This document shows, piece by piece, positions 1 to 12,205 of a DNA stretch of 64,000 bases. Under the pieces are notes generated by a model. That model was not told where the DNA came from. It saw only the letters and a program-made list of their open reading frames with translations, and did not search any database. The translations under genes were made by a program, and so were the position numbers. Each line of letters opens with the position of its first letter. Position 1 is the first letter of the stretch. Source of the DNA: Marsupella aquatica (taxonomy: Eukaryota; Plantae; Marchantiophyta); NCBI GenBank assembly GCA_973895155.1, contig OZ316896.1, positions 20,572,754 to 20,636,753 on the forward strand, given 5' to 3'.

Positions 1-59
1 CTCAACTTTGTCTATAATTGGTTTTAAATAAATCACAATTTGGTTGAAGAGCAATAAAC

Positions 60-3000
60 CTCTGGAAACCTTCCATCTTTACAATTAAAGAGATTGAGCT
101 TGTCTCCTGCTGGAGCAGCATCCGTGTTTAAGGCAGACAGCAGCCGATTTGCATGCTCACAGAGCGATGGTGAGGATATAGCTGAAACAAGCCTTTGCAA
201 TAATGTGGATTGATTTTTCTTGTTCTGCTCCTCTGCCCCCTCTTCCAATACGCTGTCCATGTCTTCCCCATCGAATCGCAGTCGCTGCAAATGTTTTGCA
301 GATGTGATGAGCGCTTGAATAACATTCACAAACTGCACCCAACAAACTATACATCAGATCACGACAGCAGTACATCTGTTCCAGATATTCCTGTAGTGGA
401 CTGAAATTCACTCATCTCGTGACCGAAACTTTGTTTGATAGATGTTTCCCGCTTTCACTCAAGCCCATAAAAATTTCGAGATTTGACACAAACGAAAGAA
501 AAACATTGTAAACACTAAAGCATCTGTCATTATAATGTGGGTATTGCATCACGTCTTTTTCCGGAGTTTCGAATTGGGGACCAATGTGCACTGGGCAATT
601 AGACTTTTATAATAATCTTTAGTTAAGGGAATTGAAAGGGACAACTGTGATCAATTTGGGTGGAACATCAACAGAGAACTTTCACACGATATGAACTCTT
701 CTCTAAGCTGCAGCTTGTTTTTGTTGGCACCTCTGCTGCAGTTGCAGTCCTATGGAAGATTCGGGTAAGACCACGCTCCAGGTCCGGCATTCTCCCCAAA
801 GTACGAAGCAGACCACCAATTGAATTCTGGTGGAGTGAACGACTGGCCCCACCCCCTCTACCGCTGCCCGGAAAAGTACCTTCAATCTGTGCACGTCCTA
901 AACTGCAAGTGGACTTGGCAATTTCAGCCACCGCATCCAGCCGTGCCCCAATGAGGATGCGATCACACAATGGATGTGTCACCTACAACAGCCATTTCCT
1001 GTCAGCCCTTAATGAAGTACATGCCTGTCAATCCCACTCCCAAGGGACAGATAGAGATCAAATTTAGGATCTAACTGATCGAGCCCGAAGTAGTTGAGAT
1101 TATCCACGCATGTGGCATATGTGGATTGGCAATACCAAAACATGAGTAAAGACATATGAAAAAGCTCACCCAATATCGAAGCAGACGCGCGCCGAATGCA
1201 GTTTCAGTGTGGTCCATAAGCCAAAGCAGAGAACCTTTCTTACTCCCATCTGTATTATTATTCAAGATCTAGCGCAGGTAAGAAAATTGATGAGAGTCAG
1301 CCATCCGACATCTGTGAGATACTTTAATACTTCAAGATTATGAACGAGCCACTAAATGATGCACCTAGAAGAGTATTATCGTGAAACCATGTTCACAAAT
1401 ACTATCTTTGTTTTCATAATTAAGTTTCGGTATGCTTCAACCATCATCGAAAGGATGTACTTTGCATGACAGAAAGCTTCTCCTGCACATTCATAACAGA
1501 ATATGAACGTGTGGCCGTTTGGGTACCTCCAGCTGACGAAGTGTGTTAGGAGAAAGATTCATCTCCTTATAACCAGAGAAAGGCCGAAAGACCGCACCCA
1601 ATCTTAACACTCTCTCCAGATTGAACTGCTGTAGGTACCGCAAGGCTAGGGCCAAAGCTTGCACTACAATGTCAGGCATTGCCATTATAACCTACAAAAC
1701 CACGTCGTGATCAACTCATGGCAGAGAAATGCACCAACACGCTCCTCAATCGTATGTTCTACAATACTATCAGAAACCGGTTGTTCAATTCACCAGTCCC
1801 TAGCCTGAATATGGTTTAATACTCTGTTCTGAAACATATTGTGCTATTTCAATGTCTCACTGACTTTACATAAATCCAGAACCACGGTGATAATATCAAC
1901 GAGTTCTAGCTAGTAGCTGCAATTTGTACGTCTAAAGATTCTCAAAAAAACCATCGTCATGCAGATCTATTTGGCGATGAAGGACTGGATCACGGAAAGT
2001 CCTGATGTGGACTTCTCAAGAGGAAAACTTCTTACCTCCAAGCCATTTTCAGCTATCCTCGCTTCGGCTTCCAGGATGTCAGCATTCTCAAAATCATCCT
2101 TAGCAGTATAAAAGTCAACAACTTCGGCCAACGCCCCCCCATCCTTAAAACAGTCCCGAGAAACTCGCTCTACCCGAATCTCTGATGAAGGACCTGCAAA
2201 GTCCTTGAGAAGCTACACCCCACCACAACCCAGAAGTTAAAACAAAGTGTGACAATGAGGAAATTATGAAAGCTGCCGGGAGGAGCTCGAGCCAAAGGTG
2301 GCCAGACTGTTTCCGAAGCTGACAAAACGGATGAAATATATTGTCTCGACGGAGTCGACAACGGCCATATGCACTATCAAAAGGGGGAAAGGTGGACATT
2401 GAAGTGCGAAAAAGTAACTAGAGTGCCACCTACACAAGCGGAACTAGAACGAAAACATGAGGTTGCTTGATAGATAAATTGTTGGCAGGACCACATCAGA
2501 CTACTACATCATTGGAAGAGAACATTAATCGAAACCCGTGGTAAGTGTTTTGTACCTCTAAGGTGGACATACCTTATCTGTAGGGGCAGAAAGTGGAGTT
2601 GCAAGAAGAAGCTCCGCAGGTGAGCAAGTAATCAAGTGGCTCTCCAAATCAGTTCTCACGACAGTGTCTTTGAAGCTTCCAAACATGACATCCCCAGTTG
2701 CTGTTTCAACAGCTACTACACCGAATTCTGTGTCGTAACTTCCACTCCTGGATCCAACATCCTTCTCCGACCCAGGTGCCTCGTGTCCTAGAGGCTTCGC
2801 GTTCTTAATGACGGTACTCTTCCCGGCATGAATCGGCCTTTCCGCTATACACATAAGATAACTACTGATTCGAGATATTTGGCCCCCTGTCCCTCCACCT
2901 CCCAAGTCCTCTGCTGCCTCTATAGTTGATCTTGTATACAACGCTGAAAGACCTCTGGTAAACGGTCCAGTTTTGTTGGATCCATGAGCCTTGATCGCGG

Positions 3001-4021
3001 CAGTTTCTGTCTGTCTCACGACCCCCACTTTCAATCCAGCAGCCACCAACCGCCTCACATGAAAATGCAACCTAAAGGTGGGAATACTAGCCGTGAGAAA
3101 ATTATGGTCGTAGTGAGGGAAAATCCCCAAAATTCGGCCCGCTGTTTCTGCATCATCGCCAAAGAAACGATATCTGTAACCAACCTCCACCATCAGCATT
3201 ACGTCTGGGTATTTGGCCTTCAGCTCAACTACTTGAACCTCTAAGGGGGTGAGCTTCTCTTTTCCAGTTGGGGGACTCCCATACCAGGGTTTCCTGACCT
3301 CCCCGTTCTTGTCAATTCGAGCCAAAAGCTTCTCTACAAAAAGCTTATGCTTAACGGGATTGGAAGCCGGGATCTCCGCCCTATAGTCTCGAATTGGCCT
3401 CGCTTGGGACTGCTTGGCATCTAAAGTAGAGGATAAGATCCCTCCAGCTGCCTTGAAATAACTCTTAGAACTATCATCTCCTTCCGACCATATATGTAGA
3501 TCAGCAGATGCACCTGGATGGTCAGATTCCTCCAAATGGCTCAACTCGTCTTGTTCCGTGGGTAAACCTTCTGGATCAGATTCATCTTCAGGAGGTTCAA
3601 CATCAACAGCAAGTTCAGATTCAGATTCATGGGGGACTAGGAATCCTTCATTTCCATCTACCCACGAGCTACTAGCCCTCTGGGTCAAGCTGGATCGTTT
3701 CTTCCGAGAGTGCAACTCGACTATTTCTTCTCCTTCGATGGCTTGATCGGACGACAAAATACTTCCAGCACTGTTGACGCTATCAATTGTTCTCTTCCTA
3801 GAAAATGAAGAAGGAAGAGATTCGGAATTCAGTGCTCTTCGCCTCCTGCTCCGAGGCCAATCCACAGGGGATGCTTTCTTTACGGAAGGGGGAACTGGAA
3901 CCCTTGGAGACACGGAAACTGTGGGATTCTCTTTGGAAGAGGCAGCATTTTGAGTCGAGGCAGAGGAGGAGCTGCTTTCCTTGGGCGCAAAGAACCGGGA
4001 TATTACTTGCTGTCTTTTCAT
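60..4021 (-). CDS. MSH3: DNA mismatch repair protein MSH3, 5' part (gene continues beyond the left edge)
   Basis: Exons on minus: 4021-2573, 2212-2036, 1691-1527, 1268-1170, 982-731, 332-60. All are GT-AG, phase 0, giving about 805 aa. N-terminal PIP box QQVISRFF. MutS domain [35 protein letters not shown], with the MSH3-type basic residue at the MutS/MSH6 Phe position. Also [62 protein letters not shown]. Confidence 0.95.
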
Positions 4022-4414
4022 TGTCACCTTCCTCCTGCTCCTCCCCCTTCAATATGCAATTCACTCCCTCCCTCTCACTTCCATAATGTCCCCGCTTCCG
4101 TAAATGTTCAAGCTCTCTTCTACTGATGGTTTCAACGAGAATTCACACCCCTTACATAAATATATAATCTGCTCCTCACAGAATTTACCCAGCCATATTC
4201 GTCCCCTAAACAGAATTTCCCAGCAAAATTCTCCGATTACCCTGAGGCCCTTCCGTGTTCTCTCTCTCGCACTCGCTCTCTGAACCCTAAAATTGAGGGT
4301 TCAACGACTATTCTGACTTCACCTGAAATTCATAGATCTGTCGGTGGAATGCCAAGGTCAATCTTCTACTGCTCGGTGTCGATCAGTGAGGTCTAAAAAG
4401 CCAGAGGCTGATTT

Positions 4415-4443
4415 CACTCACTCACTCACTCACTCACTCACTC
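4415..4443. repeat. (CACT)n microsatellite upstream of MSH3
   Basis: Run cactcactcactcact..., about 7 units. Confidence 0.85.
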
Positions 4444-4801
4444 GTTCCCTCCACTTCGATAACCACTACACCCAATTGTAACCTTCAGCTGGACAGTCAA
4501 TCACCCATTAACGCGCTCTCCACACTGAAATCTCACCATTTCTATATGGTATCCTCAGCTCAGCCATCGGTCAGTGAGATCTCGCAGGCTTCCCTTTTCA
4601 CATGCTCTACATTACAATTGCTCCAGACGAAGTCATGCACATGCTCGAGAGAAGGCAGAGACTCTCCAAGCTGGAGAGCTGCCTGAGAATCTCTCGCCTC
4701 TCCCTCCAATTATTTCATACGGTAGTCTGTCGTACACATTCGTGGCGAGTTCAGAACAGAGCGATGGAGCCCTGGAAAGCGCGGGAATGGCAGTGCCCAC
4801 A

Positions 4802-7201
4802 CCAGCCTTTTTTTTAGTGGCGAAAATTCGCCAAATTACACCTCCCCAAAAAGTTGAAAATTGGCTAGTATTTTTCTTTCCCATTAGCGAGTCTCCCACT
4901 TGATCAAAGGTCCCAGGTCCCATTAGTGCGTGTCAACGTTCTCCCTTAACCAAAGTGTTATTGCTTCTTCTTTTTTGACTTACCATTTGGCCAATTTTGG
5001 CAAAAATTGGTTAGTATTTTTCTTTCCCATTAGCGAGTCTCCCACCTGATCACAGGTCACGGTAGGACATGTCAAAGTTCTCCTGTAACCAAAGTGTTAT
5101 GGTTTTATTTTTTTTGGATGTACCACCCTTACGGGGTATGTATTTTGGTAACCCATAACTATTCTGTCATGGTCATAAGTGTGTTTTATGTCTTGAGCCA
5201 TAACTCAGGTATAGTTGTGATTTGACACGCCCTATTAGCCCAAATCTCATTAGCCAGTGTCCCACCTGATCACAGGTCCCATTAGCCCAAATCTAATGGT
5301 GATCCTTAAATCTAGGGCAATCTGACCATCAGGAAAATAATCAGACAAGGAATATTTTGAGCATCTTCTCCTTCACATACTCTACATTTACCACTTCGGC
5401 AAAAAAGTTAAAAGGTTAAAAAAACATATGCACTGCCCACCTCCAGTGCTTTTTCCATTGGCTACTGATAGCCAAAAATGCTCAATTTGTGTTGGCTATT
5501 CCATTCCATACAACATAGAGACAATAAAAGTGAAAATTTTAAAAACAAATTGCCAAAAATTCCTTGTTTGTGGGTAAAACATGAAATGTTTTTTAACAAT
5601 TTGCCGAAAATGCCTTGTCCGCAGGATCCCAGCTGCAAGTTTTGCTCGATTGATGTTTTAGGGCTGTCTTGCATTTCATGAGGTCTTCAAAAAAATAGGC
5701 CCTTTGCATTCCCTGAATTGTGGGATGTAGCCATAAGAACTGGCTCACGAGGGGGGTGAGGCAGGAAACTCTCCTTCATTTCAAAGGTGCCACCTGATCA
5801 CTTAAAAGGCGGATTATGTGAAGACCCTCACATGCAAGACGACCCTTAGGCCCAACTCACATGTACAGGGTCCTGAAGAATGTGGCCCTCAACTTCACAG
5901 ATGCTAGCATATGAGTGAGCAAGAGGTACATGCCTGAAACCCCTCCTGTGCAAGGCTTGACAGCAATATTTGTGGAGTCCCAAGGGCAAGGGCCGGAAAC
6001 TCAACCTGAAACCCTAAACTTTGTGCCCTTGAGGTCCCTTTGATTTCATAATTTAAAACAGAAGGAGACATTGTGAGGCAAGAGATCTTGTTGTCAATCC
6101 AGATCTCCTTTTTGTCTAGGGTTTGTGAGTGCCCACGGTCTCTTTCTTCAAGGCTGCCACATGTCAGTTGGGTTTTAGACTGCCACTGTCCCCTATGCAA
6201 AACCGGGTGGATTTCGGTTACTAAAATTAATCAATGTTCTTAAGAAAGTTAAAAATAGTGCCCTATTTTGCCATCCCCAAACCTGGTAGATGGTTGCAGT
6301 TTAAGGCTTGACATATATAGTGGCACAAGTAATCAGCTGGGCCCCAGATAACCATTATTTTGTCTTGCAACATTTCATTGCCAATTTTCCTTTTCATGTG
6401 TGCTCGGGTTGCCTATTTGTTTTGATTTTTTGCTCTGACTGGTCAGTCGCCAAACATGCTCACACATGCCCAGGAAATCGCCATTTTACCAATAAATCCA
6501 GCAAGTCTGGCTGGCTGCCTGAAGTCCCCTTGTGGAAGTCACTTTGATTGGTGACATTTGGAATTCCTCAGGAAAACACTGTCTGAGTGGCCTTCATAGG
6601 GCCAACGTCACTTTATAAAGCGTCATCTCAACTCTGTTTCCATGAAACAAAGCCCAAATGGACCTTTGTCTTTGCCAAAACATTCCCATAGACTTATGCA
6701 ACCCGGATGGACCTACGTACTGGTGTAATTGCTTTTCACTCACACTTTTTTTGGAAACCATGCCTTATGGAGTACATAGTTTAATTTATGTTGCATGCAG
6801 GTGGTCTACTATTGTCCATGAGAAAAACATTTCCACATATTTATGGTTAGAGGGGTACATATTACAAACCTCCAGGTGTTCACAAACCAATTCAGTGTCA
6901 TCATAGGTGAATCTAGTCTGGTTAAGCCATCCCGTATCCAAAATGGAGGTAGGAAACTCAGAAATGGTTTCTTTATTAGCCAGGGGTGCCCAATTAGGTC
7001 CCTTTGTGCAAAGGATGAGATGCCACAATATTAATTACTTACAAAAATTTCCTAGATTCATTCTGACTAATGGGGATAGTGTGATTTAGTGGGAAACAAG
7101 CTAATGGCACCCAACAAAGCCGGAAAATGCTAGCCAAAATTGACAAAACTTTCTAACAGAGGTGGAAAATGGCAAATTTTTGCCACTATAAAAAATGCTG
7201 G
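4802..7201. mobile_element. Decayed TIR DNA transposon (non-autonomous, superfamily uncertain)
   Basis: Terminal inverted repeats match at 28/32 nt (ccagccttttttttagtggcgaaaattcgcca vs reverse complement of 7170-7201). A subterminal motif ccattagc..tcccac.tgatca recurs at about 4881, 5027 and 5248 and is inverted at about 7065-7107. No TSD and no intact transposase found. Confidence 0.65.
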
Positions 7202-10200
7202 ATTATGGCTCCAAGTAGTTGAGGCACACTACTGTAGTTGAAAATCAGATGATGTTCACTTCATAACACTCACTGGAGGTGTGGTTAAGGCTGACCTGAT
7301 CTCAAGTGGGGCAAAGTAAAGTAGCCACTCCAGTTCAAGCTATGATGACATACTTGGGATTTTGGCATCAATCTAACAAGTGAACCTTCCTTGCTTTCCC
7401 CAAAGTCCTTCCCACCAGCCACGCAAGGACTTGGCAAAATGAGCAGAAAATGAGAGGTCATAGTTTCCTTCAGAAATTCCAGAATGGTGCCTAGTACCCC
7501 GCCTGCTACTACTTCCCCACGAGGTCAGTACAACATCAGATGACCAGCAAAGAGTAACCTGAGTTAAGATGAACTTGAGAGAGACACTGCAATAGAGACC
7601 AGGAGGCCAAATAGAAAAAAGAAACCTACCACACCAGTTCAAGCTATGATGACCTAATGTCTTGTTCTTTGAAGATTAATCTGACAGACTTCATCTGTTC
7701 TTCTGATTTTTGCCCAAGCACCCCCCCCCCCGGCCCATGCGCCCCATCACCCTTAGCAAAGTGATCAACAAATTACAGGTCATAAGTTTCCCTTAAAGAA
7801 ACTCAGAATGTTGCCTTCCCATTACCACTTCCACAATATGAAGTCAGTAAAGTAATTATTGAATGGACCTGATGGAAGCTGTGTACAGTAAGTTTGTGTG
7901 GAATAAGTATGGTTCCTCTGTTGCATCTGCTATCTGCACGGATGCATCTGGCAAATGGATGATACTTATCAGACTTCGGAGAGAAGGCTGGACCAAGAGA
8001 TCGCATCCCACCACATTCTAACACCCAGTGTACTTTTCTGGAAAACCAAACGGAATGTTGGGACCATGGTTAGTGTATATCCTAGACATGGGCTAGGAGC
8101 CTTTATTTGCCTGCCCATGTAAAGCTCCTTACATCTATTAATGAGTGTAAGTTTGTGTTGTGTCCATCCGGATCCCATGGTTTGTGTCCTGGGTCCATGG
8201 AAGCTTGAACTTCTGCTTCCCATTTTTGTTTGGTCATTTTACCAAATTACTCCCACAACTTTTCCCAAACCATGTTTGCAAAATTGGGCCCAAAACCGCC
8301 CAAGATTAATAATTTTCCCCCAAGACTAAATGAATTCCTAGTTGGCCCCATCAACCAATCTTAGCTGTATATTTCAACCTCTTGAGCTATTTTAATTTGT
8401 TCATTTAATCGTGTGCAAGGGAGAACCTCCCTAGTAAACAAATCTCTCAAGATTCTCTAGGATACCAGTGTTTGCCATATCAGTGCCCCTTTCAATGGTC
8501 ATCTAACACCGACTATAATACTCAATGCCACACTTTTTTTTCATTCATTTATGAAAAGGGCTATGGGCGGGAATGATTCCCTACCAATGGATCATTTTAC
8601 ACTTTTTGCAGACCGTTAGATGACAAAAATAAAGTGTCATGGTGGTACAAGGATGTGGGGATTACTCACATGGGATGAGGATGTTACTTTGAGTGTCATT
8701 GGATTCAGAAAAGTGGTTCAGAGCAAGTATGAGGAATGTGGGGATGTGGTCTAATGGGATTGGGAATGGATGGGGATGGTTCTCACTCACATGTACGAAG
8801 GGAATAGGAGGGAGCACAAGTTAGTGCATAAAAAATGTCAAAGTGGATAGTGAGTTAAGACATGCGTGCTGGCAATGGGGTACCACACTGGAGAGAATAA
8901 AAAGGTGTGAGATACAAAGACATGTATGGTACAAAAACAAGGTAAGGGAAACAAAAACACATCCTGGATATGAAGTCACGTACAATACAAAGCCAAGGAA
9001 ATCAGTGGGGAGAGAATATAAAATTTTAAGATCCCAAGAGTGAGAGCAAGGTCAAAATTGTCTTCTGCATTTAGCGGAAAAATATACTAGGAGGATACTT
9101 AATATATCCAAATTGCCCCCAAGGCCACCAATAGACTTTCTAAACATTTGTTTTTGGTGGGGAATGATTTTCTCTTTTAGTTAGATTTCTTAAGAGGGGG
9201 GCTATTCCTTTTTCTCTTTGTTTTTTGTGAGGGTAGTTTTTGTGGCCTCTCTCCGATCTCTTTTTTTCCAACATGTTTTCTGCACGATGTCTTTTTTGCT
9301 TGACGCATTTTTTTCTTGACATATTTTCTGTTTGACATCTTACACACCCGGTAATATTTTTACTATGTATCCTTTCCATGCTAGAGATATTTTCTACTGG
9401 GCGTCAAGTACTATAATATGCAATCTTGCCAATTTTGGGGGGATTGTCTACTTACAAACTCAAAAAGAACGGAACACAATCTTGATCGTCCGCTAAAAAC
9501 ATGTTTTATTTCCACCGTTAAATCAAACTAAAACAACCTGCCTGCCAAACATTTTTTTGTTTTGTCCATTAACAATTATGACTCAATAATCTTGCCAGAG
9601 TTTTTTGCCAAGATCTGTTATATACATATCTTGCCACAAATGCTCAATTCTCCCTTACTACCCGTTTGCACCATGCACCCTCTACCTAAGTTGAATTGAC
9701 TTCTACAACATTCAATAACACATATTTCATCAAATCCAACACTATAATAGGTGATCCCACCAGTTTTTGTCCATCATCTGTTTATGAAATGCTATTTGTG
9801 CGAGACTCATCTGTGACCGTTAGACTTTTTCAGACTTTTTCCTGAGTGTTGGATCGGAAAAAATGTGCTCCCCTGCGCACAAATCCTGACCTTGGTTGCA
9901 CCTGTCACCTGCCCTGACGCCCATTGCCTTGGATCGGCCCGTACTCCGCTGCCCCATGGCCGCCACCTCAGCCACCGGTGCCCTGCCATGTACTCACGGT
10001 CGCCCTCCTGCGCACAGGTTCTGAAATGCCACAAGCCTTCATAAGCCCGGCAACAAGGCCATTTGTAAATACCACAAGCCCTCCCTAAGTCCTTTACTAC
10101 GCCTGCAAGGGCGCCCTTATGGGCAAGGGTACCCAAAACCCACAAGCCCCCATAAGCCCTGCATAGGGCCTCGCACCAGGCCATTCTTTAATGCCACAGC

Positions 10201-11229
10201 TCTTTGTGAGCCGTAATTAAAGCTCCTACGAAATGCCTCCCATGCATCTTCCCCTCACCTCCTGGCTCACAATCACTTTGTACCTTTGCCTCTGTCCAAG
10301 GGTATTTGAGACTCTTGCATGACTCAAATGGTACCCAATATTGCTCTTACAGTAAGGCTACAAGCTATAATTTATGTATTAGGGTACATCGTATAGCCAA
10401 AGCATATAAAACTTTTTGGCAAAGAGCATTAAAGGGAGAAACATTAAAACAGAAACAGGTTTTTGGCATGGAGCCACTAAAGGGGAAGTGGTGAGCATGA
10501 GAAAGGTTTTGGCTCTTTGCTCTTGAGAAAGGAATTTTTAGTTTTTGTTGATGCTATATTTTCTTAGGTTAATGTTATATTTTTGCAAATTATCTTCTCT
10601 TTTCTAATGATATTGGACCGAGGGAAGGAAAAGGGCAAGGGGGAGGGATGGAGGCAGTGGGGCGGGCGGGGAGGCGGGGTGGGGGAAGGAGGAGGGCGGG
10701 ACAGGGCAAATAGGTGAAAAAACGTTCAATATATGTCATCCTTTCATGTAGCATGCATGGAGCAAACCCCCAGCCCTCTCTGGCCTTGCCATACTCAACC
10801 ACATCACTTTCACAAGAACAACATTGACTAAAATTATAACCCTACATTGTTGCACCAACAACCATGCTTCTAAACAACACTTTTACTACCATAACATGAT
10901 TACATGGATGTCACAATTGAAATGACAACACTTTATCCATCTCGCCAGAAATCGTCCACCTACAACTACAATAGACAATGCTGCCATTGTTTGTCCTTCG
11001 TCCTGCTATGAATTGCAACATGAGCGAGAATCATTCAAGGCCGTTTGATCGTTTTGGGAGGATTTTAGTAACCGCTCAATTGCTTAACTGCCCTCCCTCA
11101 CGAGGCCTCCCATGCCCAACTATCCCATCCCTCGCTCCCTTGCCTCGATGCCATCATTATTACTACTTTGCCTTGCCTCCACATGATCTTGCCAACTGCG
11201 AGTGATATGCAAGATACCATGTTTGCCTC

Positions 11230-11400
11230 ACTTTGAATCTTGCCCTCACGAGCCTCACCTCCACATCTTGCCCTCTCCTCTACATCTTGCCCTCACCTCA
11301 AAAACTTGCCCTCACCTTGACATCTTGCCCTCTCCTCGACATCTTGTCATCACTGCAAAATCTTGCCCTCTCCTTGACATCTTGCCGTCACCTCAAAATC
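11230..11400. repeat. ~19-bp minisatellite (ttgacatcttgccctc.cc)
   Basis: About 8 degenerate tandem units visible directly. Resembles the reverse complement of the units at 29250-29660. Confidence 0.8.
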
Positions 11401-12205
11401 TTTCGTGCAACGCACTGGCATGGGGCTGAAAACAACAAAGCAAAAACTGGATTGCTATGCAATGTGCATTGTTGTACAATACAGTACACTACAGGTTTTT
11501 TCTTTGAGTCAACAGAAAGCGAGGTCCACCATGATGAGAAACAAGAGGCACCCTCACATTCACAAGAGACATTGCAGTTTTTTTGTTGGAAATTTGAAAC
11601 ATTAATGTATTATTATAGGTAAATATGACAAGAAATTTGATAACTAGTAATTTTGTTATTTTTTGCAGGAACCTCATTACCACCTCACTACTTACAATTT
11701 AATCTCCTTCCCATTTCCAGAATCTGCCCACCATTTTTGGAACATAACATTTTGCCCTGGGCGCCAATATTTATTATTTGTTGTTTTTTGCAGGAACCCT
11801 ACCACTACACTACTTAAAATTTAATTTCCTCCCTATTTCCAAAAACTACCAACCATTTTTGCAGAAACCTCATTACCATTACACTCCTTACACCAAGGGT
11901 TACCCAGGCATCTCGGTCACTCACTTACTTGCCTCCGGGCACGGTAAAGGAAAACCCCCACAGAGTCAAAAGAGTTTGTGACCAAGCTCTTTGAATCATC
12001 CAAATTGGAAAGGTTTGATGGTGTGGACTGTGCTCTGTGCTCGTGCAGCATTATCGTCAAGCTTTCCAGCAACAGAGGTGGAGAAACAAATTCGGTCACG
12101 GATCGTGGCTTGCTCCTCCCAAAGCACGGTGTGGGCTGGTCTCAACAGCCTCCATCATTCCACTTCCGTCTTTCTCGTGAAATTCGAGCTGTGTCTAGAA
12201 GAGTG

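Noticed and set aside
7320-7820. ~310-bp degenerate direct repeat as an LTR pair
   Set aside because: No TG..CA ends, PBS/PPT or TSD; just an old local duplication.
9802-12111. Mutator-like element bounded by atctgtgaccg / cggtcacggat
   Set aside because: Only about 11 bp of inverted match and no TSD.
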